Source of the DNA: Candidatus Arthromitus sp. SFB-rat-Yit
GTDB taxonomy: Bacteria; Bacillota; Clostridia; Clostridiales; Clostridiaceae
Assembly: GCF_000283555.1 (NCBI RefSeq)
Contig: NC_016012.1
Coordinates: 900,001-932,000, forward strand
DNA: 32,000 nt
Direction of reading: 5' to 3'
Position 1 is the first letter of the stretch, and each line of letters opens with the position of its first letter. A program made the position numbers and the translations under genes. Below are positions 1 through 8,453 of this stretch, piece after piece. The notes under the pieces were generated by a model that made no database searches, was not told the origin of the DNA, and worked only from the letters and a program-made list of their open reading frames with translations.

Positions 1-939
1 TTCAGATAATTGAGATGAAGTTATAGCTCTAATTTTATTCCCTTTAGTTAATAACTCCGAATAAAATAAATTTAAATCAATCTTCTTGAAAATTATATTC
101 ATTCCTTTAATTCTATCTAAAAATTCTGTATTGTCAGCAATATTCAAAACTATATTAACCATTCTTTGAGTTGTCTTATCTTTTTGATATAGAGAATTCC
201 AGTAATTGAGTCCATCAGAATCAGCTTCTCTATTAAATAATACCTTATATATTTCACCAATAAATTGTTTATCAGAAAGCTTTCTAGCCTTAAATTCATC
301 TAATTTTATAAATTCATTTATTAAATCTATTGCTCCTTTATCATGTGACGTCAATTGACCTTTCCAGTAATTAAATCCTTCGCTATCATAATTTCTTCCT
401 AAAAGATACTTATATGCATCACTTATAAATTCCTCAAGATCACTTAACTTTTCTGGCTGTACTACGATCTCCTGCTTAAATTTTTTAAATAAAATTCCTA
501 AATTATTTATCTCACTCATAAATTCTTCACTATGAGCCATATCATTAATCAATTTTAATCTTTCACTTTTTGATTCACTATCTCCCAATACAGAAACCCA
601 ATAATCAAATCCATCTTGATCAGCTTCTCTATTTAATAACAACTCATAATTTTTATTTATAAATTCCTCATTAGACACATTAAGTTCATCAAACTCAGGC
701 TGATCCAAAATTTGATTTAATAAATCCAAAACACCAATTTCTTCATTTAGTACCTTGTTTATCCAATAATATTTTCCTTCTTCATCAGCCTCTCTATTGA
801 AAATTATTGAATATATATTTTCAACAATTTTATATAAATAATCTTCTTTTGTTTGAGCAAATGATGTGGTCGATCCTAAACATATTGATATTGATAGTAA
901 ACTACCAAAAATAATTTTTTTAATATTATTCTTTCTCAT
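1..939 (-). CDS. Secreted DUF4214-repeat protein (start complete, 3' end runs off the window)
   Basis: Absent from the supplied ORF track because it runs off the window edge. I checked every in-frame triplet from 1 to 939 and found no minus-strand stop. ATG is at 939-937. The N-terminus MRKNNIKKIIFGSLLSISICLGSTTSFAQ looks like a signal peptide. Four copies of the NREADxxGxxYW-type motif typical of DUF4214 follow. Confidence 0.6.
   Translation of the reverse strand, partial: MRKNNIKKIIFGSLLSISICLGSTTSFAQTKEDYLYKIVENIYSIIFNREADEEGKYYWINKVLNEEIGVLDLLNQILDQPEFDELNVSNEEFINKNYELLLNREADQDGFDYWVSVLGDSESKSERLKLINDMAHSEEFMSEINNLGILFKKFKQEIVVQPEKLSDLEEFISDAYKYLLGRNYDSEGFNYWKGQLTSHDKGAIDLINEFIKLDEFKARKLSDKQFIGEIYKVLFNREADSDGLNYWNSLYQKDKTTQRMVNIVLNIADNTEFLDRIKGMNIIFKKIDLNLFYSELLTKGNKIRAITSSQLSE
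199..801 (-). repeat. Four tandem DUF4214-type repeat units inside the partial CDS
   Basis: The motifs are FNREADEEGKYYW (763-801), LLNREADQDGFDYW, LLGRNYDSEGFNYW and LFNREADSDGLNYW (199-240). The conserved Trp codons start at 763, 598, 364 and 199, giving a 165/234/165 nt spacing. A recurring DNA string atcagcttctctatt is visible. Confidence 0.55.
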
Positions 940-966
940 ATTTAACCCTTTCAAACTTGATGTCTA

Positions 967-1308
967 TTAACAAAATGTCGGTGAAAGCTCTTCTCCTCCA
1001 ACAATATGAAAATGTAAATGTTTTACAGATTGGAAAGCATGTCCTCCACAATTATTTACAACCCTGTATCCTGTTTCTTCTATATTAAGAATCTTAACTA
1101 TTTTCTTTATTGCCAGAAAAATATTCTCAATATATGAAATATTATTTTCATCAACATCATTTAAACTTTGAATATGTATCTTAGGAATCACAAGCACATG
1201 ATTAGCTGCAGAAGGGTAAATATCCTCAAATGCAATTACAAAATCATTTTCATAAATTATTTTACACGGAACTTCGCCTTGAATTATTTTACAAAATATA
1301 CATTCCAT
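967..1308 (-). CDS. HIT (histidine triad) family nucleotide hydrolase
   Basis: 113 aa with the C-terminal histidine triad HLHFHIVGG and an N-terminal CxxC (MECIFCKI). A GGAGGA RBS overlaps the mtaB stop. Confidence 0.85.
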   Translation of the reverse strand: MECIFCKIIQGEVPCKIIYENDFVIAFEDIYPSAANHVLVIPKIHIQSLNDVDENNISYIENIFLAIKKIVKILNIEETGYRVVNNCGGHAFQSVKHLHFHIVGGEELSPTFC

Positions 1309-1322
1309 ATTTATATATCCTC

Positions 1323-2627
1323 CTATTTTAAATGTTGTCCAATAAGATAATCATCTTTTAAATCAATGATATGTGTTGATACAATTTCCCCTAAATATTC
1401 TTTACCAGCATTTAAAACAACTTTTGTATAATTTTTTGTATATCCATAAACTCCACTACCATCTGAAATGGATGTACAATATAATACATCTAATGTTTGT
1501 CCTAAGTATTTCTTTTGAAAACCAAACTTGTTTACTTTATTAAGTTCTATAAGCTTTTTGCTTCTTTCATCTTTTATCCGTTCATCAACTTGGTTTTCCA
1601 TCTCAGCTGCCTTTGTTCCACTTCTTTTGCTATATTTAAACACATGCATATCTTGAAGTTTTATATTTTTCAAAAACTCATATGTTTCATTAAATTCACT
1701 ATCAGTTTCAGCTGGAAATCCAACTATAATATCAGTTGTTATACTAACATCATTAATTTCTCTTCTAAGATCTTCCACAACTCTCTTATAAAGAGCAACA
1801 TCATACTTCCGCCTCATTCTCTTTAATACTGAATCACATCCACTCTGGAGTGATAAATGAAAATGTGGCATAAATTTTTTAATTTTGCTGATTCTTACAA
1901 TAATTTCTGTCGTAAAAAATTCTGGATCAACTGATCCAACTCTAATTCTTTCAAGTCCATCTATCTCATCAAGCAGTTCTATTAAACTAACCAAATTAAT
2001 ATTTTCGCTCAAATCATCACCATAAGAAGTCGAATTAATACCTGTTAATACAACTTCCTTATATCCATTACTTACTAATGATTTAACCTCATCAAAAACT
2101 TTACGTGGCTCTTTACTACAAACTCCCCCACGTGCAAACGGAATTATACAATATGTACAAAACTTATTACAACCATCTTGAATTTTTATAAATGCTCTAT
2201 GTTTATCCTTTAAAGTTTTTATACTTCTATCTTCGAATGTTATATTTCTCAAAATATTATCATCAACTTTTATAACCTGATTCCTAGTTTCCAAAAACAA
2301 TCGTATGTAATACGCTAATTGGCTCTTAAACCTATTGCCCAAAATAATATTTACATCTTTTATATTGGATACTTCATCTTTAGAAACCTGCGGATAACAA
2401 CCAACCATGGCAATAATCGCATTTGGATTAATTTTTTTACATTTAGCTATAAACTGTCTTGATTTTTTATCGCTTGTATTGGTAACTGTACAAGTATTAA
2501 TACAATACACATCTGCAAATTCATCATAAGAAACAACTTCAAAATTATCTTCTTTCAATGCAGAAATCATAATTTCTGTATCATAAATATTAACTCTACA
2601 ACCTAGTGTAGAAATTGCAACTTTCAT
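1323..2627 (-). CDS. mtaB: tRNA threonylcarbamoyladenosine methylthiotransferase MtaB (YqeV-like radical SAM enzyme)
   Basis: 434 aa with an N-terminal MTTase domain (MKVAISTLGCRVN) and the radical-SAM motif CNKFCTYC. It occupies the position after prmA-rsmE, as B. subtilis yqeV does. Confidence 0.85.
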   Translation of the reverse strand: MKVAISTLGCRVNIYDTEIMISALKEDNFEVVSYDEFADVYCINTCTVTNTSDKKSRQFIAKCKKINPNAIIAMVGCYPQVSKDEVSNIKDVNIILGNRFKSQLAYYIRLFLETRNQVIKVDDNILRNITFEDRSIKTLKDKHRAFIKIQDGCNKFCTYCIIPFARGGVCSKEPRKVFDEVKSLVSNGYKEVVLTGINSTSYGDDLSENINLVSLIELLDEIDGLERIRVGSVDPEFFTTEIIVRISKIKKFMPHFHLSLQSGCDSVLKRMRRKYDVALYKRVVEDLRREINDVSITTDIIVGFPAETDSEFNETYEFLKNIKLQDMHVFKYSKRSGTKAAEMENQVDERIKDERSKKLIELNKVNKFGFQKKYLGQTLDVLYCTSISDGSGVYGYTKNYTKVVLNAGKEYLGEIVSTHIIDLKDDYLIGQHLK

Positions 2628-2651
2628 TTCTTATTCCTCTTAAATTTCAAT

Positions 2652-3392
2652 TTATCTATCACCAAATTCATATTTTAATATAGATGAAATAAATACCGTG
2701 GCTGTTTCTGTCCTTAATATATTCTGACCCAAACCAACAGATATACCACCTAAACTTCTTACAAAATCAACTTCACATTCTTCAAAACCACCTTCAGGTC
2801 CTATAAATACACAAACATTTTTAATCTCATCCATATCAAAACTACTTATAACCTCTTTTAAATTAAATTCTTCTTTTTCATATGGAATCAATATCAAATC
2901 AAACTTTTTTATTTCATCCTGATCTACATCTATAAGCTTAATTGGAAATTTTATTGTTGGAATTGTAGAAATTCCACACTGCTTGCAAGCTTCTTTAGAA
3001 ATTTTATTTAATCTATCCCATTTAAACTTACTTATATCGATTTTAGCATTAACCCTATTGGTTACTATAGGCACTATTTCCTGAATACCGATTTCTGTGA
3101 GTTTCTGTACAATGAATTCAAGCTTATCAAATTTGGGATATCCCTGGAATATTGTTATATTAACTCTGCTTTTATTTGTAATATCTATTCTATTTAATAA
3201 TTTTACCTTACAAATTTTCGAACTCGTATCTACTATCTCTGCTTCAAAACTTTGATCATTAAAATTGCTTATTATAAACCTATCACCAAGCTTCAATCGC
3301 AGCACTTTCAAAATATGTTTTGCTTCCTGTTGATCAATCGATAAAATTTCATTACCTTCTGTAAATTCAAAATCTGTAAAAAATTTACGCAT
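2652..3392 (-). CDS. rsmE: 16S rRNA (uracil1498-N3)-methyltransferase RsmE
   Basis: RsmE/YqeU-like sequence (MRKFF..., C-terminal GPEGGF, ILRTETA). The track ORF begins at GTG 3407. ATG 3392, preceded by AGGTGGGG 9 nt upstream, is the better start. Confidence 0.85.
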   Translation of the reverse strand: MRKFFTDFEFTEGNEILSIDQQEAKHILKVLRLKLGDRFIISNFNDQSFEAEIVDTSSKICKVKLLNRIDITNKSRVNITIFQGYPKFDKLEFIVQKLTEIGIQEIVPIVTNRVNAKIDISKFKWDRLNKISKEACKQCGISTIPTIKFPIKLIDVDQDEIKKFDLILIPYEKEEFNLKEVISSFDMDEIKNVCVFIGPEGGFEECEVDFVRSLGGISVGLGQNILRTETATVFISSILKYEFGDR

Positions 3393-3414
3393 TTTTAAAT
3401 ACCCCACCTATAGA

Positions 3415-4350
3415 TTATACCATATTACCTTTGATTTTTACAGCAAAAGCACACCAACCATTTTCCATAATTTCATCTATAATTTCCATATTATATTTAT
3501 CTAAATTATTTTTAATGAGGTTAACCTTATCTTCAATTATACCTGATATAATAAAAACCCCGTCTTTATCCATTACTTTTGTAACATCCGGTATCAAATC
3601 ACAAATTATTTCTGCAATAATATTTGCAACTACAATATTCCCCTTCTCACTCATGTTATCTAAAAGATTTCCCTCAATCACTTCAATATTTGAAATATCA
3701 TTTAACTTAACATTGTAATTTGCAGCACTAACAGAAACTTTATCTAAATCAATCGCAACAACTTTGCGTGCATTTAATTTAGCTGCCAAGATTCCAAGAA
3801 TACCAGATCCAGTACCAACATCATAAACAAAATAACCATCTTTCATATATTTACACATCATTTGGATACACAGCTTAGTCGTTTCATGAGTACCAGTTCC
3901 AAAAGCCATACCTGGATCTATATTTATCAAAATTTCATTATCTAATTTTTCATAATTTTCCCACTCAGGTTTAATAACAACTTTATTATCAATTTTAAAA
4001 GTATGATAATATTTTTTCCAATTATTAGCCCAATCTTCCTCAATAACTTCTTGAGTTTCAAAAGAGAACTCTATGTTTTCATATTGAATCATCGATTTTA
4101 TAATATTTAAAAATTCAGCAACATTTTCTCTCTCACTTATGTAATATTTAACTGTACAAATTTCTTTTCCATCTACAAGGATCTCATCTTCATTAAAATA
4201 AGTATCCAAATTCAAACTATTTTCTTCATATAAATATCTTGGATCTTCAACATACAATTCAAATCTTCCAAGCTTATAAAAAATATTCTCAATCTTTTCT
4301 AGATTCTGTATATTAACTTTAATTTTAATTTCCAAATAACTGTTATCCAT
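3415..4350 (-). CDS. prmA: Ribosomal protein L11 methyltransferase PrmA
   Basis: Carries the SAM-binding motif DVGTGSGILGI and FGTGTHETT. The track ORF starts at GTG 4365. ATG 4350 lies just downstream of GGAGGA. Confidence 0.9.
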   Translation of the reverse strand: MDNSYLEIKIKVNIQNLEKIENIFYKLGRFELYVEDPRYLYEENSLNLDTYFNEDEILVDGKEICTVKYYISERENVAEFLNIIKSMIQYENIEFSFETQEVIEEDWANNWKKYYHTFKIDNKVVIKPEWENYEKLDNEILINIDPGMAFGTGTHETTKLCIQMMCKYMKDGYFVYDVGTGSGILGILAAKLNARKVVAIDLDKVSVSAANYNVKLNDISNIEVIEGNLLDNMSEKGNIVVANIIAEIICDLIPDVTKVMDKDGVFIISGIIEDKVNLIKNNLDKYNMEIIDEIMENGWCAFAVKIKGNMV

Positions 4351-4382
4351 TATTTCCTCCAACACAAAACATTATTTTTAAA

Positions 4383-4412
4383 ATTATAACACCTAAATTA
4401 AATAAATTTCCA
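4383..4412 (-). promoter_or_regulatory. Candidate sigma-A promoter for prmA-rsmE-mtaB-hit
   Basis: The minus strand reads TGGAAA-N18-TATAAT with an extended TGn (GTGTTATAAT), about 30 nt upstream of the prmA RBS. The AT-rich context makes chance matches likely. Confidence 0.3.
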
Positions 4413-4479
4413 TTACATAAATAAAACTTTGAAATATAAACTGTGGTATAATTAAAGTGTAAATAATTTTGGGAGATAT

Positions 4480-4833
4480 ATGATGTATGACATTTATACG
4501 GCTGTGATACAAACTGGTCTTAATAAAGACCGAAAAATCCTAAACCTTAATGATGAAGTAATTTTACTTAAAGAACCTGAAAACATTTATGATACGGAAG
4601 CTATAATCTGCGTTGTTCCTGCATTCGGAAAAATAGGATATGTTATAAACAATTTTAAAACTTTACCTAAAGGATGTTTTAGCAGTGGTAGAATATATGA
4701 CATATTTAAAATTGGAATTTTTGCAGAAGTAAAATTTATAATAAATGATATTTCTATATTAAAATTGAATTTAGAAAGCAGAAACGTTTTAAATGATATT
4801 TACAAATCATCTTCTCTATCAAATTTAATATAA
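4480..4833 (+). CDS. Small standalone HIRAN-like domain protein
   Basis: 117 aa. The segment LNDEVILLKEPENIYDTEAIICVVPAFGKIGYV resembles the HIRAN core (L.REP.NpyD.nAI.V....G.iGYv). An extended -10 (TGGTATAAT, 4444-4452) lies upstream and a GGGAGA RBS is present. The start could be ATG 4480 or 4483. Confidence 0.45.
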   Translation: MMYDIYTAVIQTGLNKDRKILNLNDEVILLKEPENIYDTEAIICVVPAFGKIGYVINNFKTLPKGCFSSGRIYDIFKIGIFAEVKFIINDISILKLNLESRNVLNDIYKSSSLSNLI

Positions 4834-4843
4834 AAATAATTAG

Positions 4844-4875
4844 AGCCACTTTTTTAGTTAGACTTAAAAGTGGCT
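4844..4875. terminator. Hairpin between the convergent HIRAN-like and dynamin-like genes
   Basis: A 10-bp perfect stem agccactttt / aaaagtggct with a 12-nt loop. The flanking T/A tracts are weak. Confidence 0.4.
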
Positions 4876-4883
4876 TTGATATC

Positions 4884-7121
4884 TTAAACAACTAAAATAT
4901 TATTACTTTTTAATTCCACAGGATAATCTGGATTAAACTCTATACTTTTTTCACCAATATGTATAGTTTTGAACTTTATATTATTAAGATCCTTCCTGAA
5001 TTCAATAAATTTTTTCTTGAACAATTCAATATTTTTAACCTCAAACTTCCTCTTTTCTTTATTGATTTTCATATTTCTTATGAATCTACCTATTTTTTTA
5101 TCAAGCTTCCTTATATATTTAGAAAGTTGCTTTTCTACACTCAAAACGCTATTTTTTATCAACTCATTAACATTTTTAAATATTTCTTCTTTAATATTTT
5201 CAAAGGCTTCCTTAATTTTACCTAAAAAATTATCTTTAAACTCTGTAATATCAACAGAATAAATAATCTTCTCTCTTATCCGTGTACTTTTCAATTTTTT
5301 TATGTAAAAATATAGTAAACCTATACCCGCTCCGAAAGTTGCCCCTATAGCTGTTTCTAATACGGAAAGATTTTTCCCAAGTATTCCACCAACAGCACTT
5401 CCCGCAACACTTGTAGCTGCCATTCCTAAACTAAAAGTTGAAGTGTTAAATTCATCACATTCTTTAACTTTACTTTGGGTTTCCATTATATTTAATTCAT
5501 TAAAATCAATATTACTCATACAAATATCATCAAAATTATAAATTTGAAATTTGAATTTTATGTGTTCATTCACATATTTATTGAACTCATCTCCAATTTT
5601 CCTAAAAGCTTCATTTAAATTTTTATTTATCTCTATCTGAGTATTAAAAAATTCATTATAAATATGATCATTTACTTTATTTAAAGTAACATTCAAACTT
5701 TCCTTAATGTTGTTTTCTATTACATTAATCTTATATAACAAATCATCTTTGTTATCAAATTCCAAAATATTTTTCACAGGCAACATTTCATTCACAATAT
5801 TATCTAAATATTGCGACATTTCATCAAGTTTATCATTAATACTATCTTTTAAGATATTAAGAGAAATTTTAGGTATATTGATAACTTCAATAAATTCTTT
5901 TTTCAAATTATGTAATCTACGTTTAACATTTTCAATTTTAGCAAAGGAAATATTATATTTATTGTTTATTAAAGCTATATCGTTATCAATACTATTTATT
6001 ATATCATTATTAAGCTCAATAATTTTTTCAATTCCAACTTCCAAACTCTCCTCAGCAAAAGTTGAAAATATACAATTCAAAATTTCATCTTCTACTATTT
6101 CAATTCTACTTTCTTTCAATAATTTATCACAATACTCATGTGGTTCAAGTTTAAATTGTCTAAGACATCCATTTATCTCTATACTTTCTGTATACTTTGA
6201 TCCATAAAATTTGTCAATCTCATCTAAAATTTCCTTTGATGCGAAATTATTTTTAACAATTCTAGCTAAAAGTGCCTGTCTTGCAGAAATGTAATTAATA
6301 TTCGGATTTTTAATTGCAGGTATATATTCCATAATCATATTTCTAGCTTTTTCAATACAATCGTCTATACTTTCATCCTTACTATTAAGTAAATCGATCT
6401 TGTTGATAATAAAAAATATCTTATTTTTATCACGTTCTATTAACTTTTCATTACTAGAAATTAATTTCAAAATTTTACCGTTTATATCTGACATGAAATT
6501 TTGATAATCCAACACAATAATAAGAGCATCAGAATCTCTAAGTTCCTTAAAAGAAATTTTCTTAACATGCTCAGTATTAAAATTGCTTGTGGAAATTTCA
6601 TCCAATCCCGGAGTATCTAATAATATAAATTTCTTTATTACGTCCCCGTACTTAGAACCCTCTATACCGCTTATAGGTGTATGTACCAAATACTTTTCTA
6701 TATTAAAATGGGTGTTATTTTTTCTAACATTTTTTATGTCATTATGAAACATTTGCTCCAAACTAAATCCCTTATTGGATATTATATTTTCAGAGCTACC
6801 GTCCTTAAATTGTTTTTTTACATAATTACAACATTCGTTTGAATGAAAAATTTCTATAGATGAAACTGTACATGGTGCATTTTGATTTGGAAGCAAATCT
6901 CTCCCAATAAAAGCATTTAACATTGTAGATTTACCAGATTTTATAGCTCCAACAACAGCGACTTTAAAAGTTTTTTGTGTTAAAATATATTTTATATTGT
7001 TTAGTGAAGTGCCAAACTCATCATTATCAATTAATTCTTTGTTAGAACTTAACTCTAAACTAATATCATCAATTAAAGAAATAGCCTTCTGATATTTATC
7101 AATATACAAAACTAATTTCAC
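4884..7121 (-). CDS. Bacterial dynamin-like GTPase with a C-terminal-proximal membrane hairpin
   Basis: 745 aa with G1 GAIKSGKS (aa 58-65, nt 6927-6950), G3 DTPG (aa 169-172) and G4 NKID (aa 240-243). A long K/E/N/I-rich helical region follows. A Gly/Ala-rich hydrophobic segment FSLGMAATSVAGSAVGGILGKNLSVLETAIGATFGAGIGLLYFY spans nt ~5301-5438, followed by a basic coiled-coil tail. No in-frame ATG precedes the P-loop, so the start is GTG 7121 or TTG 7109 (GAGGTG lies 9 nt upstream of the TTG). Confidence 0.75.
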   Translation of the reverse strand: MKLVLYIDKYQKAISLIDDISLELSSNKELIDNDEFGTSLNNIKYILTQKTFKVAVVGAIKSGKSTMLNAFIGRDLLPNQNAPCTVSSIEIFHSNECCNYVKKQFKDGSSENIISNKGFSLEQMFHNDIKNVRKNNTHFNIEKYLVHTPISGIEGSKYGDVIKKFILLDTPGLDEISTSNFNTEHVKKISFKELRDSDALIIVLDYQNFMSDINGKILKLISSNEKLIERDKNKIFFIINKIDLLNSKDESIDDCIEKARNMIMEYIPAIKNPNINYISARQALLARIVKNNFASKEILDEIDKFYGSKYTESIEINGCLRQFKLEPHEYCDKLLKESRIEIVEDEILNCIFSTFAEESLEVGIEKIIELNNDIINSIDNDIALINNKYNISFAKIENVKRRLHNLKKEFIEVINIPKISLNILKDSINDKLDEMSQYLDNIVNEMLPVKNILEFDNKDDLLYKINVIENNIKESLNVTLNKVNDHIYNEFFNTQIEINKNLNEAFRKIGDEFNKYVNEHIKFKFQIYNFDDICMSNIDFNELNIMETQSKVKECDEFNTSTFSLGMAATSVAGSAVGGILGKNLSVLETAIGATFGAGIGLLYFYIKKLKSTRIREKIIYSVDITEFKDNFLGKIKEAFENIKEEIFKNVNELIKNSVLSVEKQLSKYIRKLDKKIGRFIRNMKINKEKRKFEVKNIELFKKKFIEFRKDLNNIKFKTIHIGEKSIEFNPDYPVELKSNNILVV

Positions 7122-7206
7122 CTCAAAAATGGAATATTTTTACAATTATTATAATATATTTAATCCATTTTTAAAATATATTTTTTATTTTTATTTGGAG
7201 GATACT

Positions 7207-8433
7207 ATGAAACCATTAGCTGATAAAGTTAGACCTGAAAAAATTGAAGATTTTGTTGGCCAACCACACTTAATAGGAAAAAATAAAATTATAAGCAGCA
7301 TTATCAAATCAAAAAAAATACCAAACATGATAATGTATGGTCCACCTGGAACTGGTAAAACTTCTCTAGCGAACATTCTCTCTAAACATTGTAATAAATC
7401 ATTTTATAAAATAAATGGCACAATGACAAACACCGATGAAATAAAACAAATAGTAAATAATGCTTGTAGCATTTCAGATCATAACGGTATTATTTTATTT
7501 ATAGATGAAATTCATTTCCTTTCAAAAAAACAACAACAAATTATTTTAAAATTCATTGAAAATGGATACGTAAACTTAATAGGAAGTACTACTGAAAATA
7601 TTAATTTTTCAATTGTTGATTCAATCATTAGTAGATGTATTCTAATTAAATTCGAACCATTAACTAACTTTGATATCGAAAATAAATTAATAAATGTTAT
7701 TAATGAAAATTTTAAAAATTATGATTTCAGGAAGGATAGTATAGAATACATCTCATATATCTCTAATGGCGATCTCAGAAAAGCACTAAATATTTTAGAA
7801 TTATGCCTAATTACATTTGAACCAAACACAACCATAACTACAAATGAAATAGAATCACTCTCCCAATCTCCAATAAATCTAAGTATTAAAAATCAAGACA
7901 ACCTCTATAACAGTTTAAGCTATCTCCAAAAATCAATAAGAGGATCAGATCCAGACGCATCACTAATAGCTCTATCCCTATTAATAAATTCTGGGGATTT
8001 AAATTCCATCTGTAGAAGATTACTCGTAATAGCATCAGAAGATATAGGTTTGGCATATCCCCAAGCCATATCTATTGTTAAATCATGTGTTGACTCTGCA
8101 CTAATGCTTGGATTTCCTGAAGCAAGAATACCTCTTTCACAAGCAACAATACTATTAGCTACATCACCAAAATCGAACACATCATATTTGGCTATAAACA
8201 AAGCTCTAGAGGATATACAAAGAAAACAAATAGAAATTCCAACGCATTTATGTTCAAATTACTCAAATAATAAAATAAATATCAAATCAGAATACATATA
8301 TCCCCATAATTATCCTAATAATTACGTCAAACAAGAATATATTCCAACCAACCTTAAAGGAAGAGTCTATTATAAATATGGTAATAATAAGTTTGAACAA
8401 TCAATTAAAGATTTTTGGCAAAAAATAAAATAA
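7207..8433 (+). CDS. rarA: Replication-associated recombination protein A (RarA/MgsA AAA+ ATPase)
   Basis: Shows MKPLADKVRPEKIEDFVGQ, Walker A GPPGTGKT, Walker B FIDEIH and a MgsA_C-like C-terminus. The track start at 7129 is rejected in favour of ATG 7207, preceded by GGAGGA. Confidence 0.9.
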   Translation: MKPLADKVRPEKIEDFVGQPHLIGKNKIISSIIKSKKIPNMIMYGPPGTGKTSLANILSKHCNKSFYKINGTMTNTDEIKQIVNNACSISDHNGIILFIDEIHFLSKKQQQIILKFIENGYVNLIGSTTENINFSIVDSIISRCILIKFEPLTNFDIENKLINVINENFKNYDFRKDSIEYISYISNGDLRKALNILELCLITFEPNTTITTNEIESLSQSPINLSIKNQDNLYNSLSYLQKSIRGSDPDASLIALSLLINSGDLNSICRRLLVIASEDIGLAYPQAISIVKSCVDSALMLGFPEARIPLSQATILLATSPKSNTSYLAINKALEDIQRKQIEIPTHLCSNYSNNKINIKSEYIYPHNYPNNYVKQEYIPTNLKGRVYYKYGNNKFEQSIKDFWQKIK

Positions 8434-8453
8434 GTAGCCTAATAGGCTACTTA
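8431..8453. terminator. Bidirectional terminator shared by rarA and dnaJ
   Basis: A perfect 10-bp stem taagtagcct / aggctactta with a 3-nt loop. It overlaps the rarA stop, abuts the dnaJ stop, and is flanked by A-rich and T-rich tracts. Confidence 0.7.

Noticed and set aside
5707-6207. 166-aa plus-strand ORF (plus 4959-5225 and 4969-5262) antisense to the dynamin-like gene
   Set aside because: It is L/S/I/F-rich low-complexity sequence, typical of the mirror frame of a K/E/N/I-rich gene. It has no RBS or promoter and lies fully nested in a gene with clear GTPase motifs.
7129-7206. 26-aa N-terminal extension of rarA (MEYFYNYYNIFNPFLKYIFYFYLEDT)
   Set aside because: It translates the AT-rich promoter region. 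The GGAGGA RBS lies inside it, immediately before ATG 7207, which yields the canonical RarA N-terminus.
4480-8433. HIRAN-like + dynamin-like + RarA as a single co-transcribed (defence) operon
   Set aside because: The orientations are plus, minus, plus (convergent, then divergent) with hairpins between them, so they cannot form one transcript. rarA is a widespread housekeeping gene. A functional link remains only a neighbourhood hypothesis.
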